Assembly: GCF_006345805.1 (NCBI RefSeq)
Contig: NC_043001.1
Location: 24,304,001 to 24,368,000, forward strand
Direction: 5' to 3'
DNA: 64,000 bases
DNA from: Octopus sinensis
Taxonomy: Eukaryota
Below, piece by piece: positions 37,696 to 50,801 of this stretch. Position numbers and translations under genes: made by a program. The notes under the pieces are model-generated. The model was given only the letters and a program-made list of their open reading frames with translations, had not been told where the DNA came from and ran no database searches. Numbering within the stretch: position 1 is the first letter of the stretch; the number at the start of each line of letters is the position of its first letter.

Positions 37696-39437
37696 TCTGC
37701 CAACTCACTGCCACACCACACTTATTATGATAACAGTACTGGTGAGGTTTTATTTTCGGATTCTGAATTTCCTAAACATAGAGCAATTTTGTTTTAGAAT
37801 AAATTTTCACCTCTGTAAACTTTATTGACTGCAGCTAGGAAACCACAAATATTCATTTTGTATGGAAAATATAGATAAGGTGGACAAAGGGGGTAAAATG
37901 AATAATGCAAGTTGTAGCTCGAAGGGACATAACCCACATCTGAACCTGACATCCACATTCAATACTTTCTGAAATGCAAATTCTACCAACAGAAAGAGAT
38001 TTATTGAAAACAACTTGACAGAAAAATGGAACCATTGGATTTTGCTTAAAATCGACAAGTCTTCAGTCTAATTCTGATGTTGCACTTTGGTGTATCATCC
38101 TTCCTTTTTTTTTTTTTTTTTTTTTGTCTTTATGATATTTCGCTTTCTCTTTTGGTTTGCATAATACCAGAATGAGCAGATTTGGCACTGCTCACTGGAC
38201 ATTTTGCCTGTTTTGGTGACATAAATTTTTGATGCTGAATACACACACACACACACATACACACACACACACACACAAACACATACAGAGTGAGGGGGAG
38301 AGAGAGAGAGTGATTACAGTTTATTAATTAAACACAATTGAGATAAACACATTCCCTTTTCTCATATACATACTCACACACATAAAAAGAAAGAGAAAAG
38401 CACAGAGAGAGAGAGTGGCAGAGTGAGAGGGAGAGAGAGAAGTAAAGACAAAAAGAGAGAGAGAGGCAGTGAGGAGATATTGATTTCAAATTTTGGCACA
38501 AGGCCAAAAGTTTTCAGGGAAAGGCTAATTCAATTACATCGACCCAGTATGTAACTGGTACTTATTTTATTGACCCTGAAAAGATGAAAGTTAAAGACAA
38601 CCTTGGCAGGATTTGAACTCAGAATGAAAGGTGGATAAAATATTGCTAAGCATTTTTCTGAGCACGCTTCCAATTCTGTCAGCTCGTTACATTAGAGGAA
38701 GCAAGAATTGCTAAAATAAGATAAACACTAAAACGCCTGATGTCAAATAAGTTAGCATTGAATCAGTGATGCCAAAAATGGCAGTGCCAAAATGTCACTC
38801 ACATACACCATCATCATCATCATCATCATCATTTAACACCTGTTGTCCATGCTGGAATGGGTTGGATGGTTTGACTGGGTAGGCACACTGAAAGGCATGG
38901 TTTTCTATGGCTGGATGCCCTCCAAAATGCCAACCAGTCTGAGAGTGTAATGGGTGCTTTTACATACTTTTACGTGAAATTTTATGTGTAATTAGGCTAG
39001 ACAAACTATTATTTAATTTCTCTTCAGTGTAACCCTCATTTGATGTTTTATATAATATCTTGTGTAAAAGATCGAAAACCCCTGAGTCATTAAGGAAAAA
39101 AGTATTCATCATTCTCACTAAATGAGGATACCTTTTTAGACTATGAAAGATATGTAGTGTAATTAACAATTTAGAAATACGAATTAATTTGTGTGACACC
39201 GGTATCTTTCACAACTGCAATTTTGCTTGGCTTGATGGGTCTTCTTTTCAAGCATGACATAATGCCAAAGGTATTGGTCATTGCCTCCGTGAAGCCCAAC
39301 ACTCAAAAGGAACTTGGCCACTTTGCCTCCATGAGGCCCAATGCTCAAAAGAAACTCAGCCACCTTGCCTCTGTGAGGCCCAACACATAACTGCAAAATA
39401 TAACAGTCTCTGTTTTATTTTCAACTTCAAAACTTTC

Positions 39438-39810
39438 AGGTGCAAGAGTGGGTGTGTGGCTCCAGGTTCAGTTCCACTGCATGGCACCTTAGGCAAGTGT
39501 CTTCTAGTATAGCCTCAGGCTGATCAAAGCCTTGTGAGTGAATTTAGTTGACGGAAACTGAAAGAAGCACATTGTATATATATGTGTGTGAGTGTGTGTG
39601 TATGTGTGTGCCCATGTTTGTCCCACCACCATCACTTGACAACTGATGTTTGTATGCTTACATCCCTGTAACTTAGCAGTCCAGCAAAAGAGACTGATAG
39701 AATAAGTACTAGGCTTACAAAGAATAAGTCCTTCGGTTGATTTGTTTGACTAAAGGAAGTGCTCCAGCATGGCTACAGTCAAATGACTGAAGCAAATAAA
39801 AGAATAAAGA
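39438..39810 (+). mobile_element. SINE family A with a head deletion
   Basis: Family A body and tail. Confidence 0.8.
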
Positions 39811-40509
39811 AAAGAACAAAACTCATCAACTTAAATCTAAATCATCTTCAGGATAGATTTCACTGAATTCCAATTCATCTTCATCACAGTATTCTAATTC
39901 CTGCACTATTTCTGCCGTTATGGACATCTTACTCCTTTGCCTTTCCTCTCCAGTCATGCTTGGCTGTAGGGAGCTTTGCTTCATAGCTTAAAACCAAGCA
40001 AAAAAAAAAAAAGAAAGAGGATAATATTTCTTAAGAACACTTTATCTCTAAGTAGACACTTGTAGATGATCTAATACTGCAATGACAACAAATCTTAATT
40101 CCAATTGACCATTTTTCTTTCTGTTTGATCTTGTTTTAACAGAGTTTTCCCTGGCTGTATGGTAAGAAATTTTCTTCCCAACCACATTGTTCCAGGTTCA
40201 GTCCCCACATTCCTGTAACTTGATGGTTTAGCAAAAAAGACCAATAGAATAAGTACCAGGCTTTAGAAATGAATTAAATACTAGCATTGATTTGTTTGAC
40301 TAAGATTCTTCAAAGTGGTGTTCTTGCATGGCCACAGTCTAATCACTGAAACAAGTAAAAAGATTTCTGGTATTTAGACAGATTAGCAGAATATCAAATT
40401 TGAAATATTTGGTATACCAAGAATACAGCCCGACAGAGTCAAATGGGAAATGTTATGACATCAATATCAGTGAGTTTGGGTTCTTAATTTTTCTTTTTCT
40501 GTTTTGCAG

Positions 40510-40590
40510 GAACTTGAAGAGATTCACATCGACACATGTAATACAATCAAAGCTGCCATTGAGAGTCATGCTCTTGTTCTTCTAAATAAA
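40510..40590 (+). CDS. Exon 4: ELEEIHIDTCNTIKAAIESHALVLLNK
   Basis: Acceptor tttttctgttttgcAG, donor AAA|GTAAGA; 81 nt, phase 0-0; continues LPAVLE|ELEE as expected for an F-BAR helix. Confidence 0.88.
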
Positions 40591-40999
40591 GTAAGATTTT
40601 AATAACTTCATTTTTTTTGGCAAATCTTCAGATATATAGGTTTCTTCTGCCTTGGGAAAAAGAAGAGTACCAAGTGAGAGCTGGGGGTCAATGTTTTTGA
40701 CTTTCTCCAGATCCCAAATTGCTTCCTTGTGCCAAAATTTGGAATCATTATTACCTTCCCCTTAATTCTCCTCATCTCTAGATGCATATTCTGATATCTT
40801 ATACTTTATGATACAGCTAATGAACAATTAGTGAATTTTAGTCAGAGATATGTTTTCCAAATTTATGCACAAATATAACTGTGGAGGAAAAAATGTAATT
40901 AAATAAAGGGATTAGAAACCTAAATCAAGTTGGATTTTTTTTGTAACATTTCAACTTTTTCACTAAGAAAGTTTATTCAAAGTGAAGTTTAGCTTCGAA

Positions 41000-41310
41000 T
41001 TTGATTTCGATTTCGATTGCCTCAACAGGTCTTCGCAAGCAGAGTTTAGTGTCCAATGAAGGAAAGGTATGCATTATGTAAGTGGGCTGGTTACACCCCT
41101 GGCATAGGCCACAAGGTTATGGTCCCACTTGGCTTACCGAGTCTTCTCAAGCACAGCATATTTCCAAAGGTCCCGGTCACTAGTCATTACCTCGGTGAGG
41201 CCCAATGTTCGAAGGTCATGCTTCACCACCTCATCTCAGGTGTTCCTGGGCCTACCTCTTCCACAGGTTCTCTCAACCACTAGGGTGTGGCACTTTTTCA
41301 CACAGCTATC
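41000..41310 (-). mobile_element. RTE ORF end with an alternative 3' UTR
   Basis: VERTCGRGRPRNT*DEVVKHDLRTLGLTEVMTSDRDLWKYAVLEKTR*: RTE C-terminal GRP..W...V..DL motif. Confidence 0.8.
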
Positions 41311-42379
41311 CGCATCTATATTGCTTTATGAAAAGGTTTTTCTTTTCTTCTTTCCCATTATCTTTATTAATGTAAAGCACAAAACAAAGATTCAAATGTA
41401 GTTAACATTAATTATACAATATTGTTGGAATTTTTTCCATTGTCTGCAGACGTTTTGATATCTTTATCTGTCATTGATACAGCTCAAAAGCAATTACTAA
41501 GTTTAAGGGTTGTGTTCCAAAATAATGCACAGACATTGGTTCTCAAACTAAGTGAAATTAAATACAAGTGTGAAGAGAGACATTTTCACCCACCAAGACT
41601 GACATCTTTAGTAGTCTAGGACTTGAGAGAATTGATAGATTTTTGTTATTATTATTACCAGGAAACATCCTTCTAAAATTTAGAATATACAATTTGCATT
41701 CTGTGTGTGGTGCTTACAGTAAATTCATCTGGTATAATCCTGAAGGAGTTCTTACATGGTGCTACTCAGCTCCAACTTTATGGTGTTTAACAGATTAGAA
41801 ATAATTTTTTCTTTTGGTAGCATGTAAGACAATTCACAAAAAATGTTTGGTCTCTATTCTTAACAACTTGGCAGTCTAAGCTATGTATCTTCCTAAATAT
41901 CTGCAGAAGATTTGACGGATTCAAAACTTAAAACTGGTAAAAATAATTCAGCCAAATAATTTCTTTTCTTCTTCAATGAAAACAATTACTTTTCAGAATT
42001 AATGTTCCAAGAGGCCAGATACAGTTGCAAGATTTGGCTGCATAACAAAGCCCCATTGGGATATATAGAATGCAAAACATGACACAAAGTCAAACTACAA
42101 GACAAATCTGAGAAACCAAGTATTTTAGTACATCTGTTAGATGTTATTGATGAATCATATCATGATAATAACTAATTTCATAAATGTGCTATAATTGATC
42201 TCTTATGACTAGTTATGAAGACCTGAATTTTTGTTGACAAAATAAGATACTTTCATGTCCGTAATTTTCCAGAGAGGATTTGCATTAGTGAAGGAATTGG
42301 TTTCAGCTGGGTATCAAAACAAAATGAATATGTCTATAATATCCCAGATTATTTTGCTTTATCTGTAGAATGTATGTTT

Positions 42380-43035
42380 ACAATATTGGCATGCTCTGCT
42401 GGATGGGCAATGTCTGTGTGCATGCACAACAGAGAGTAAAGGATTTAAGAAGAAAATTGTGTATAAGAGACATCAGATGTTGTGTGCAAGAGAGAAAACT
42501 GCACTGGTTTGGTCATGTGATGTGTATGGATGAGGACAGCTGCATAAAGAAGTGCCAAGCTTTAATTGTGGAGGGTACCTGTGAAAGGAGTAAACTTGAG
42601 AAGACATAGGATGAAGTGGTGAGAAAGGATCTTCAGATGCTGGGCATCACTGAGAAAATGACAAGGGACTGGGAGATGTGGTAATTTGCTGTACTTTATA
42701 AGTCATGGTAAGCTAAATAAAATCGCTGTCTTCCATCTATACAGGCTTGTCCTTTCAGGTGCTGGTGCCACTTAAAAAGCACCTGTGCCGGTGCTGTGTT
42801 AATGCCCCTGTGCCAGTGGTGTATAAATGCACCCATGATGGTATCACATAAAAAGCACCTAGCATGCTCTATTAAGTGGTTGGCATTACGAAAAGCATCC
42901 AGCCATAGAAACCATTCCACAACAGACAGTTGGAGTCCAGATGGCTCTTTGCTAGCCAGCTCCATGTCAGACCATCCAACCCATACTAGCATGGAGGCTG
43001 GATGCTAAACGACGACAACGATGATGATGATGATG
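42380..43035 (+). mobile_element. RTE LINE 3' portion: RT C-terminus, 3' UTR and (tga)n tail
   Basis: MLCWMGNV..KLHWFGHVMCMDEDS..VEGTCER..DEVVRKDL, contiguous with the abundant 3' motif; identifies the short copies as RTE ends. Confidence 0.85.
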
Positions 43036-43045
43036 GTGTGTGTGT

Positions 43046-43088
<43 letters not shown>

Positions 43089-43665
43089 GTGTGTGTGTGT
43101 GTGCCTGCATTACATTTATATCAATTTGATCCCTGAACATTGGATGTCTGATTCCAGAATGTGCACATAGACTTAGGCTAAATTTGAACTAGGAATCTTT
43201 ATTTCTAAACTCATATTCATATCTATGAGATCATTGACACAACAGTGAGACAGCTGATCTATAACACAACAGTGAGACAGCTGATGATGACACAAAATTA
43301 AACTAATCATAACGTAATGTAAATATTGTAAATATATACATAGAGTTTACACATTGGGTTAATAGTATCAGATATTAAATGTCATTAGTACGGCTAGTTT
43401 AAACATGAGGTCAATTCTACAGGTCATTGTAATCTTATTAACAATAAATCAGACATTTATTGAAGCAAAATTGAAGAACTGATTTATTGAAACTTTATTC
43501 CTCACTCTTATAAGATTTATCCTGTAAATTCTCTTTTATTAGTTTTGTTTCGAACAAGGCCATCCAAGTTATTTAAATTCCAATTTCAGGTTTCCATTAA
43601 AACTTTTTGCATTAATAAATGCATTTAATGACACAGAAGTTCAATTTGTTTTGCATTTCTTTCAG

Positions 43666-43839
43666 GCGACTGAACGACATCGAAGGTTTGACGATTTACT
43701 AAAAGTCTGTCACCAAGTCAACCCCCAATTAGATGTTTCGTTTTTTATCCGTTCCATGAGCCAAGACGTTCTTAGCCTTCAACAACAGCCATATCAGTTC
43801 AATTATCCTGCAGATATTAATGCTGAGTTAATGGAGCTC
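43666..43839 (+). CDS. Exon 5: ATERHRRFDDLLKVCHQVNPQLDVSFFIRSMSQDVLSLQQQPYQFNYPADINAELMEL
   Basis: Acceptor ttgcatttctttcAG, donor CTC|GTAAGA; 174 nt, phase 0-0; VNPxxD..F resembles the F-BAR C-terminal (I/V)DxxxD motif. Confidence 0.9.
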
Positions 43840-44379
43840 GTAAGATTATCATTTTATATACATTGAAGTTATTATCGATATTTTATTGTTGTTCTTGTTA
43901 ATGTTCTTTCACCCTGGGTAAGACCTGATTGAGAAAACCTGTTATCAAAGATATTCCAGATGTAATCATATCATACCATATTTTTTTTAAACAATAGCAA
44001 ATCTTGAACACTGCATTAACTAGTATTACTACCATTTTAGGATGGTAGGATGTGATATGAAGGAGATTTGGTTTCTATTTCTACAAAACCAAATGACCAT
44101 GTAGAAGCTTGCTTGTTGTCTTTAGTCTTAGTTACATGAGAATTTTTTGCTTTTATTTATTGAAAAATTGATATTATTAAGATGAAATATTCCAGTGAAA
44201 ATGGTATTGTGCCTTCAAGTTATATTAATAATAGTAGCACACCTGTGCAGGGAAAACTAATTGCTATTATAATTATATTCATTAGCTGTGTTTTTATTAA
44301 AGTAAAACGTTGTTTTTAACCATTCAATAATTTTCTTCTAGGTTTGGATTGTTTCATTTCTTCTATCCACCACTGATCC

Positions 44380-45300
44380 AAAAATGGTACTCCCATACTT
44401 CCATTGCAAAATTTCTGTATTTGCTGCTTACTTCACCCCCAACTCTGTACTGAGCAGATTCAACAAAACTGCCCCCTCGCATACCCCCTCGCCATGTTAT
44501 CTCATCACCATGAACACAGTCATCATAAACAAAAGTACTTCTGACCCCTCCAATCCAACAAGCTGACCATTCATTTTATGATAACATCTTGTTCATCACT
44601 CACAAGTAATCTGTTCCAGAGCTATTTTCTATCTTTATCAGACTTCATTTCCATTATTTCTTCAGTGATCAATGCAAGACTTGGAAACACACTAAAATGC
44701 TTTCATGACTCCCAAAAGTGCAATATTTCTGTAACAACAAATTTACAGCCTATAACTTGCATTTCCAACATCTAAAACGTGATGGACAAAGTTTAACTCT
44801 TTCATCACCTTGGCAATCTTATACTTTCTGCAGAACCAAATCCATCAAAGACTTCCTTTCCTTCTGCAAATGAAATGTTGTTGCATTTAACACCAGCAAA
44901 GTATGAGAAAGTTCTTTCCATGTCTACATCTCATTCCCCTTTTTTGGACTGGAATCTTCTTGTCAGATTACTACTTATCAACATTTTATTCCCACCAGTC
45001 TACACTACTGTTTCGTAATGTTTCTCTCTTCTTTCACCACATTACGACCTATTTGCTATCACTCCTAATTACAAACACACCTATTGAAGTGATATTACCC
45101 TCATTTTTTTATACTTTGACACAAGCATCAACTCCATGCAATATATACTCTTCATGTCGACCATACACTGACTCCATGGCCAGAGATATTAATAACATCC
45201 TTCAACAAAGCATAATAATCTAGTCTAATTTTTTACAGCACTAAGACAACAAAGGAATCAGCCTTATAATTTGCCTTCAAGTCATGATCAACACATGATT
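44380..45300 (+). mobile_element. Possible heavily decayed LINE ORF2 (endonuclease region)
   Basis: Unique C/A-skewed stretch with patchy LINE-like peptides (PYTDSMARDINNILQQ); many stops; no secure motif. Confidence 0.3.
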
Positions 45301-45464
45301 AAAACTGTCAAAGTAGCTGCAAATATTGGACATTACATGTAACTCCACATACAACATTACCAAAGCTACATTCAAAAGATGCTCTTAGAAACCCTGTGTG
45401 CACCACAACTTCTTCTTACCATGAGATAAAGAGGAGTTTAAATCAGAAGGGTTTCACAACTCTC

Positions 45465-45822
45465 TTTATTCTCTTTTACTTGTTTCAGTCATTTGACTGT
45501 GGCCTTTAGTCAAGCAAATCAACCCCAGGACTTATTCTTTGTAAGCCTAGTACTTATTCTATCGGTCTCTTTTGCCGAATCGCTAATCAGCACACACCAG
45601 CATCAGTTGTCAAGCGATGTTGGGGGGACATACATAGACACACAAACATATACATACACACACACATATAAATATATATATATTTCCATCTACCAAATCC
45701 ACTCACAAGGCTTTGGCCGGTCCGAGGCTATAGTAGAAGACACTTGCCCGAGGTGCCACGCAGTGGGACTGAACCCGGAACCATGTGGTCGTTAGCAAGC
45801 TACTTACCACACAGCCACTCCT
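45465..45822 (-). mobile_element. SINE family A
   Basis: Reverse match with internal deletions. Confidence 0.82.
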
Positions 45823-46249
45823 AGAACTTGTATATATAAATTGATTTCTTTCTTTATGTGCAAACAAGAATAGAAGGTGCCAGCCAAATATATCATATTT
45901 ATAAATTTAATGAATATGAGAGTTATATGTGAGCTACTTCAAGTTTCATGGTCAGATAGTGCAGTAATTGGACAGGCTCATATAATGTGTGCATTTTGCC
46001 TGTTATTGTTATTACTATTTGTATATCTTTTCATCAGTATTTTTTCTTAACTATCACATTTCTCTTGCTTTCCCTGCACCTTTCTCTGTACCTGGACACT
46101 CTCCTATATATGCAGAAACCACCCTAACTCTCTTCCTCCTCTAACTCCACCCTCCCACTCATAGACCTGCATTCCCACCTAGAACCTAACTCCTGTTTTT
46201 TTTCTTTCCTATTCATCTATATTTTTTCTTTCATTCTCTTTTTTTTTAA

Positions 46250-46670
46250 AGTAAAGATTATTTGCCAACATGATGTGGCAGTCCTGGTTGAGATGAATGC
46301 AACTGATATTTAGCCCCAGGAAACATCGTCTCTAGCTGGCTATACGACACACAATCTGTATCCTTATATTTTCAAACAGAGGAGTTTAGCACTCCCAATC
46401 AGCACACAGCAATATCTGTGGACCACGGTTTCTGGGCTATTTCTCTTCCTTGGCACAGAATAACTGCTCGACTAAGATGGCACTGCTAAACCCCTGTTTG
46501 AAAATATATATAATTTACAAAGTAACACACAGTCACTGATCTAATAAATATATTTCTCTCTCTCCTTTTTTTTTTTCTATTTCTATCTTTCTTCTGATGA
46601 AGGACTAGTGTCTGAAATGTCAAGACTTTTTCTCTTCTTATTTTAAGCATTAAACTAATACATTTGTTAA
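46250..46670. mobile_element. Hammerhead-bearing interspersed repeat (Penelope-terminal-repeat or retrozyme-like)
   Basis: 46250-46540 aligns with 49850-50105; carries a decayed minus-strand hammerhead (46416-46458) and a different plus-strand one (46590-46625). Confidence 0.7.
46590..46625 (+). ncRNA. Minimal type I hammerhead motif
   Basis: tctt-CTGATGA-agg actagtg tct-GAAA-tg-TC-aaga; 4-bp stem I, GUC site; GAAATGTC is one CpG transition from palindromic GAAACGTC. Confidence 0.6.
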
Positions 46671-46912
46671 AACTTTTCCCTCCCATATCTCTTCCTTTCT
46701 TAATACTCACACAAACACACATGTGCACACACATGCACACACACATACACACATATTCTTTGGTTAATATTTATGGTTTGAAGTTTTGCACCACAATAGA
46801 AACTATAGATGTAATTTTTTTAAAGTAATTGTTAAGTACTTTTTTTAAAGAAAGTACTTGCACAAAATTGAAAGTTTTCATGTTCTGTTATCTCTTTTGT
46901 ATTTACCAACAG

Positions 46913-47064
46913 GAATCAGTTCGAGATCAACTCATCATTGATAGACACACAGAAAGTACTATTAGAAGTAGACGCCAAGCTGTTCAGAAAGAAGCTTCTG
47001 AATTGACATCGTATATCAAACAGAATCAGGATGTAACACAGACTCTAGTCAATATGTGTCAAAG
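46913..47064 (+). CDS. Exon 6: ESVRDQLIIDRHTESTIRSRRQAVQKEASELTSYIKQNQDVTQTLVNMCQ(R/S); coiled-coil extension
   Basis: Acceptor ttttgtatttaccaacAG, donor AAG|GTAACA; 152 nt = 50 codons+2, phase 0-2. No convincing next exon found in the remaining 17 kb. Confidence 0.88.
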
Positions 47065-47194
47065 GTAACAAACATTCATTTCGAAAAAAATTTTTTATTC
47101 ATATTTCTACAGGTGATATGTTGATATTTTCCTCTTGATGTATGATTAATATCATCCTTAATAACCTGTCTATTGTTGCTTTGTCATTTTATAT

Positions 47195-47197
47195 AAC

Positions 47198-47242
<45 letters not shown>

Positions 47243-47429
47243 TATATATACACATATATAATATATATATATATATATACACACATACACATATATATAT
47301 ATATACACACACATATATATATATATAAACACACATATATATATACACACACACATATATATATATACACACACACACATATATATATATATACACACAC
47401 ACATATATATATATACACACACACACACA

Positions 47430-47481
<52 letters not shown>

Positions 47482-47482
47482 A
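47195..47482. repeat. (TA)n/(CA)n compound microsatellite
   Basis: Direct inspection. Confidence 0.92.
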
Positions 47483-48589
47483 TACATAGATGCATATATG
47501 CATATACATATATGTTAACAGAGGCATTCATTTTCTAAATTTTATTCATACTTTTACAGTTTATATGTCGACATTTTCTTTATAAAATTTGATTAATATC
47601 TTCATTAATAACCCACTTATTGTCTTATCATTTTATTATTGTACATGATTGATTCCAAAGAATATTAAAAAATTCTTTTTTTTTTTCCAATTAAAATCAT
47701 TTCAAAGCAGTTTATCTGCTTACTTGTCTTGTATTTCTACCAGACATCATTGTAAAATCAATTTTCATTGAAGTGTTGGTTTTACAGAAACATCACTGAA
47801 CTGATTATATGAGAAATATACCATATTTACTCATGTGTAGGTCACACTCGTGTATAAGACCTTAATCTAGTTTTAAATTGTGTTACTAATTCGTTTCCCT
47901 TTCATAGTTTTTAGCTTGCTCCTTGTATAAGTTACACCCCAGTTTTTTCAGTTGAAATTAAATATGAAATAGGGCAACTTAAACGCAAGTAAATACAGTT
48001 TTTCTTTTCTATTTCAGCTTTATTTTAACATTAAACCAATACTAAATACAAAAATCCCAAAAAATATTTGATTTATTTATTTGTATATTTGAAATAATTT
48101 TGAAAGCTAAACATTACCTCCCTTTGCAAATATCATAAGGGCACAGAAATTGTGTCTAAAGCCAGCTGGAGATGATGATCTCCTGGGGCTAAAAAGCTAC
48201 AGTAACACCCACCCCTAGTGGTTAGCCATATTAAGATGACTAGTATACTTTACATTATTTCTATATTATCTTTTTAATGTTTAATACTATGTATCTATAT
48301 ACAAAGCTTCTATATTGTCAAATGCAAATGTATTTTAAAAAATTATTTTACTAGTTGCAGTGACTAGCCAATAGTCATGATGAGGTATCAAACCCTAGTA
48401 ATTTGTCTGGGTTTTTTTTTTTTTGTTGTTGAACTAGGAAATAGAAAAGGATGAGTTTACCTAGGTGTAAAGGGACATAATCAGAATTATAAAGAAGTAA
48501 GACTGATTTGGCCATCTCTCCCAATATACACGTAGATACACACAAACACACTTATGTATAAATCTGATAGGCATCCACACAGTTTTTCT

Positions 48590-48712
48590 AAGAAATTTCT
48601 GTCTAAGAAATTGTGTCTAAAAAAATCTCTGTCTAAGAAATTGTGTCTAAAATTCTAAGAAATTGTGTCTAAAATTCTGTCTAAAATATCTCTGTCTAAG
48701 AGATTTCATTTA
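48590..48712. repeat. Short degenerate minisatellite (gtctaagaaattgt-like, ~15 bp)
   Basis: About eight imperfect copies. Confidence 0.75.
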
Positions 48713-49795
48713 CTAACAAGACTTCTGTCAATCCACAGTTATAGTAGAAGACACTTGCCCAAAGCACTTTGCTGTAGGATTGAACCTAGAACAACATGAT
48801 TACTCTGTGAACTTCTTAAACATATTGCTATACCAGCACCATATGTTTATGTATGTATATGTGATCTGGTGTGTGTTTCTGTGTGTGTGCATACATATGT
48901 GTTCACACACGTGTGTGTATGTATGTATATGTGATCTGGTGTGTGTGCATGTGTGTGTGTGTGTGTGTATGTGTATGTGCTGATGCACGAAAATATGTCT
49001 GCATAAAAATTTTATTTTCTGTATAAAATTTACCTAAAGACTTAAGACTCAAACTTTCATATAGACAAATAAGAAAAGAAGAGAAAAAAATGCAATATGT
49101 CAAATCTATTCACTTTGAATGCTTTTATATATTTTCTCCTTCTTGAATGATGCATTTATTTTGCAGAGAAATATTGCATTTTTCTCTTTTTTTTTTTCTT
49201 TTATTTTACATGATATTCTTCACAGAAATAATCATGTCAAAATTTGTTTACTGAAAAGTTTAAGTTAACAATGGTCAAGTTTGTCATGCCAATATCAATA
49301 GAAATTGGATATTTACAAAGGTCATGTAGGAAAATTTCTTCAGATGTTATAACATTGGATTGATTTCTTCTAAATATCTTATTATCTAAACAGCCTCCAG
49401 GTTGATATCTAAGAAATTAAACATTTCAAACAGACACACTCATTCAAATCGTGATATCAGATAATGACATTATAGAATCATATATTTTTATATATACATA
49501 CATAGTGGTGTATGTAATTCTTATTTTATACAAAGTAAGAAATAATATTTTCTGCCTTTACCATCATTTTGAAGAATCACATTTATTTCTTTGTATAATC
49601 AAAATATCTTTTAACCCTTTTGTATTTAAACTAACTATATCTGACCCAAATATTCTACCTGTTTTATTTTCAAGCCAGCTAGATCCTGCTTTTTAAACCT
49701 ATTGTACAATGCCATTCTAAAGATAAACAGTCACTTTGTTAAAATCTTGATGTTATGAAATCATGCATGATTAATTCAAAATATGCATAAAAATT

Positions 49796-50275
49796 ATTAT
49801 TTCTAAATCTCTCAACGAGAGACATTCAGTAACAATACTCTCAATTAAACATTATTTGCCAACATACTGTGGGATGAATGTTCCTGTTATATAACCCCAG
49901 GAAACATTGTCTCGAGCTGGCTATATGACACATAATCTGTGTCCTTATATTTTCAGACAGGGGAATTTAGCACCCCAACTCAGCACAGAACAATATCTAT
50001 GGACCGTGGTTTCTGGGTAATTTCCCTTCCTCAGCACAGGAAATTCCCATTTGAAAATACATACAATTTTCAAAGTGACACACAATCACTGATCTAACAA
50101 ACAGAAAAAATATTATTTCCAGATCTCTCAATGAGAGATATTCAGTAACAGTACTCTAAAGCACACAGATTGTGTGTCATATAGCCAGCTGGAGACGATG
50201 TTTCCTGGGGCTAAATAGCAGTAACATTTGTTCCAACTAGGACTGCCACATTATGTTGGCAAATAATCTTTACTA
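49796..50275 (-). mobile_element. Hammerhead-bearing repeat: ~316-bp unit with terminal direct repeat plus an inverted partial copy
   Basis: Direct repeats 49796-49848 and 50112-50160; 50161-50275 is an inverted copy of about 49850-49945; hammerhead at 49997-50039. Confidence 0.75.
49997..50039 (-). ncRNA. Minimal type I hammerhead motif
   Basis: CTGTG-CTGAGGA-a GGG aaatta CCC a-GAAA-CCACGG-TC-CATAG: 5-bp stem I, intact core, GUC site between 50002 and 50001. Confidence 0.75.
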
Positions 50276-50801
50276 ATTCAAAATAATATAATTAAATAAG
50301 CATTACATGTTAGAGAGTAATCTGAATGCTAAAAAGTTAATATATTATACAACTCCTGAATGTATCTTGGTATGTTTCTTCAACTTCATTAGTAGGAAAA
50401 TAATTGTTTCAAATTTTGCACAAGGCCAGCAATTCTAGGGGTAGGATGAAATCGATGACAGTACTTTAATGGTACTCTATTTTTATTAACCCCTGAAAGG
50501 TTGATAGGGAAAGTCAACACAGTGGAATTTGAACTCAAAATGTAAAATGCTAAAAGAAATGCCATTATGTGCTTTGTCAGGTACACCAATGATTCAGCCA
50601 GATCCCTGCATTGAACAGTAGAAAAATAATAATGTTTAAATGTGAGAAAAATGCCACAATTAAGAAATTAAATGAATACTTTTTAGTTTTCCAACACAGC
50701 CAGGGAAATACAATCACATATATCATCATCATCATCATCATTTGGCATCTGTTTTCCATGCTGGCAAGAGTTAGATGGTTTAAATGGAAGTGATAAGTCA
50801 T

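Noticed and set aside
38960-39199. 79-aa minus-strand ORF in AT-rich DNA interrupting an RTE copy
   Set aside because: Start codon lies in the RTE repeat; no recognisable motif or good splice pair; expected by chance over six frames.
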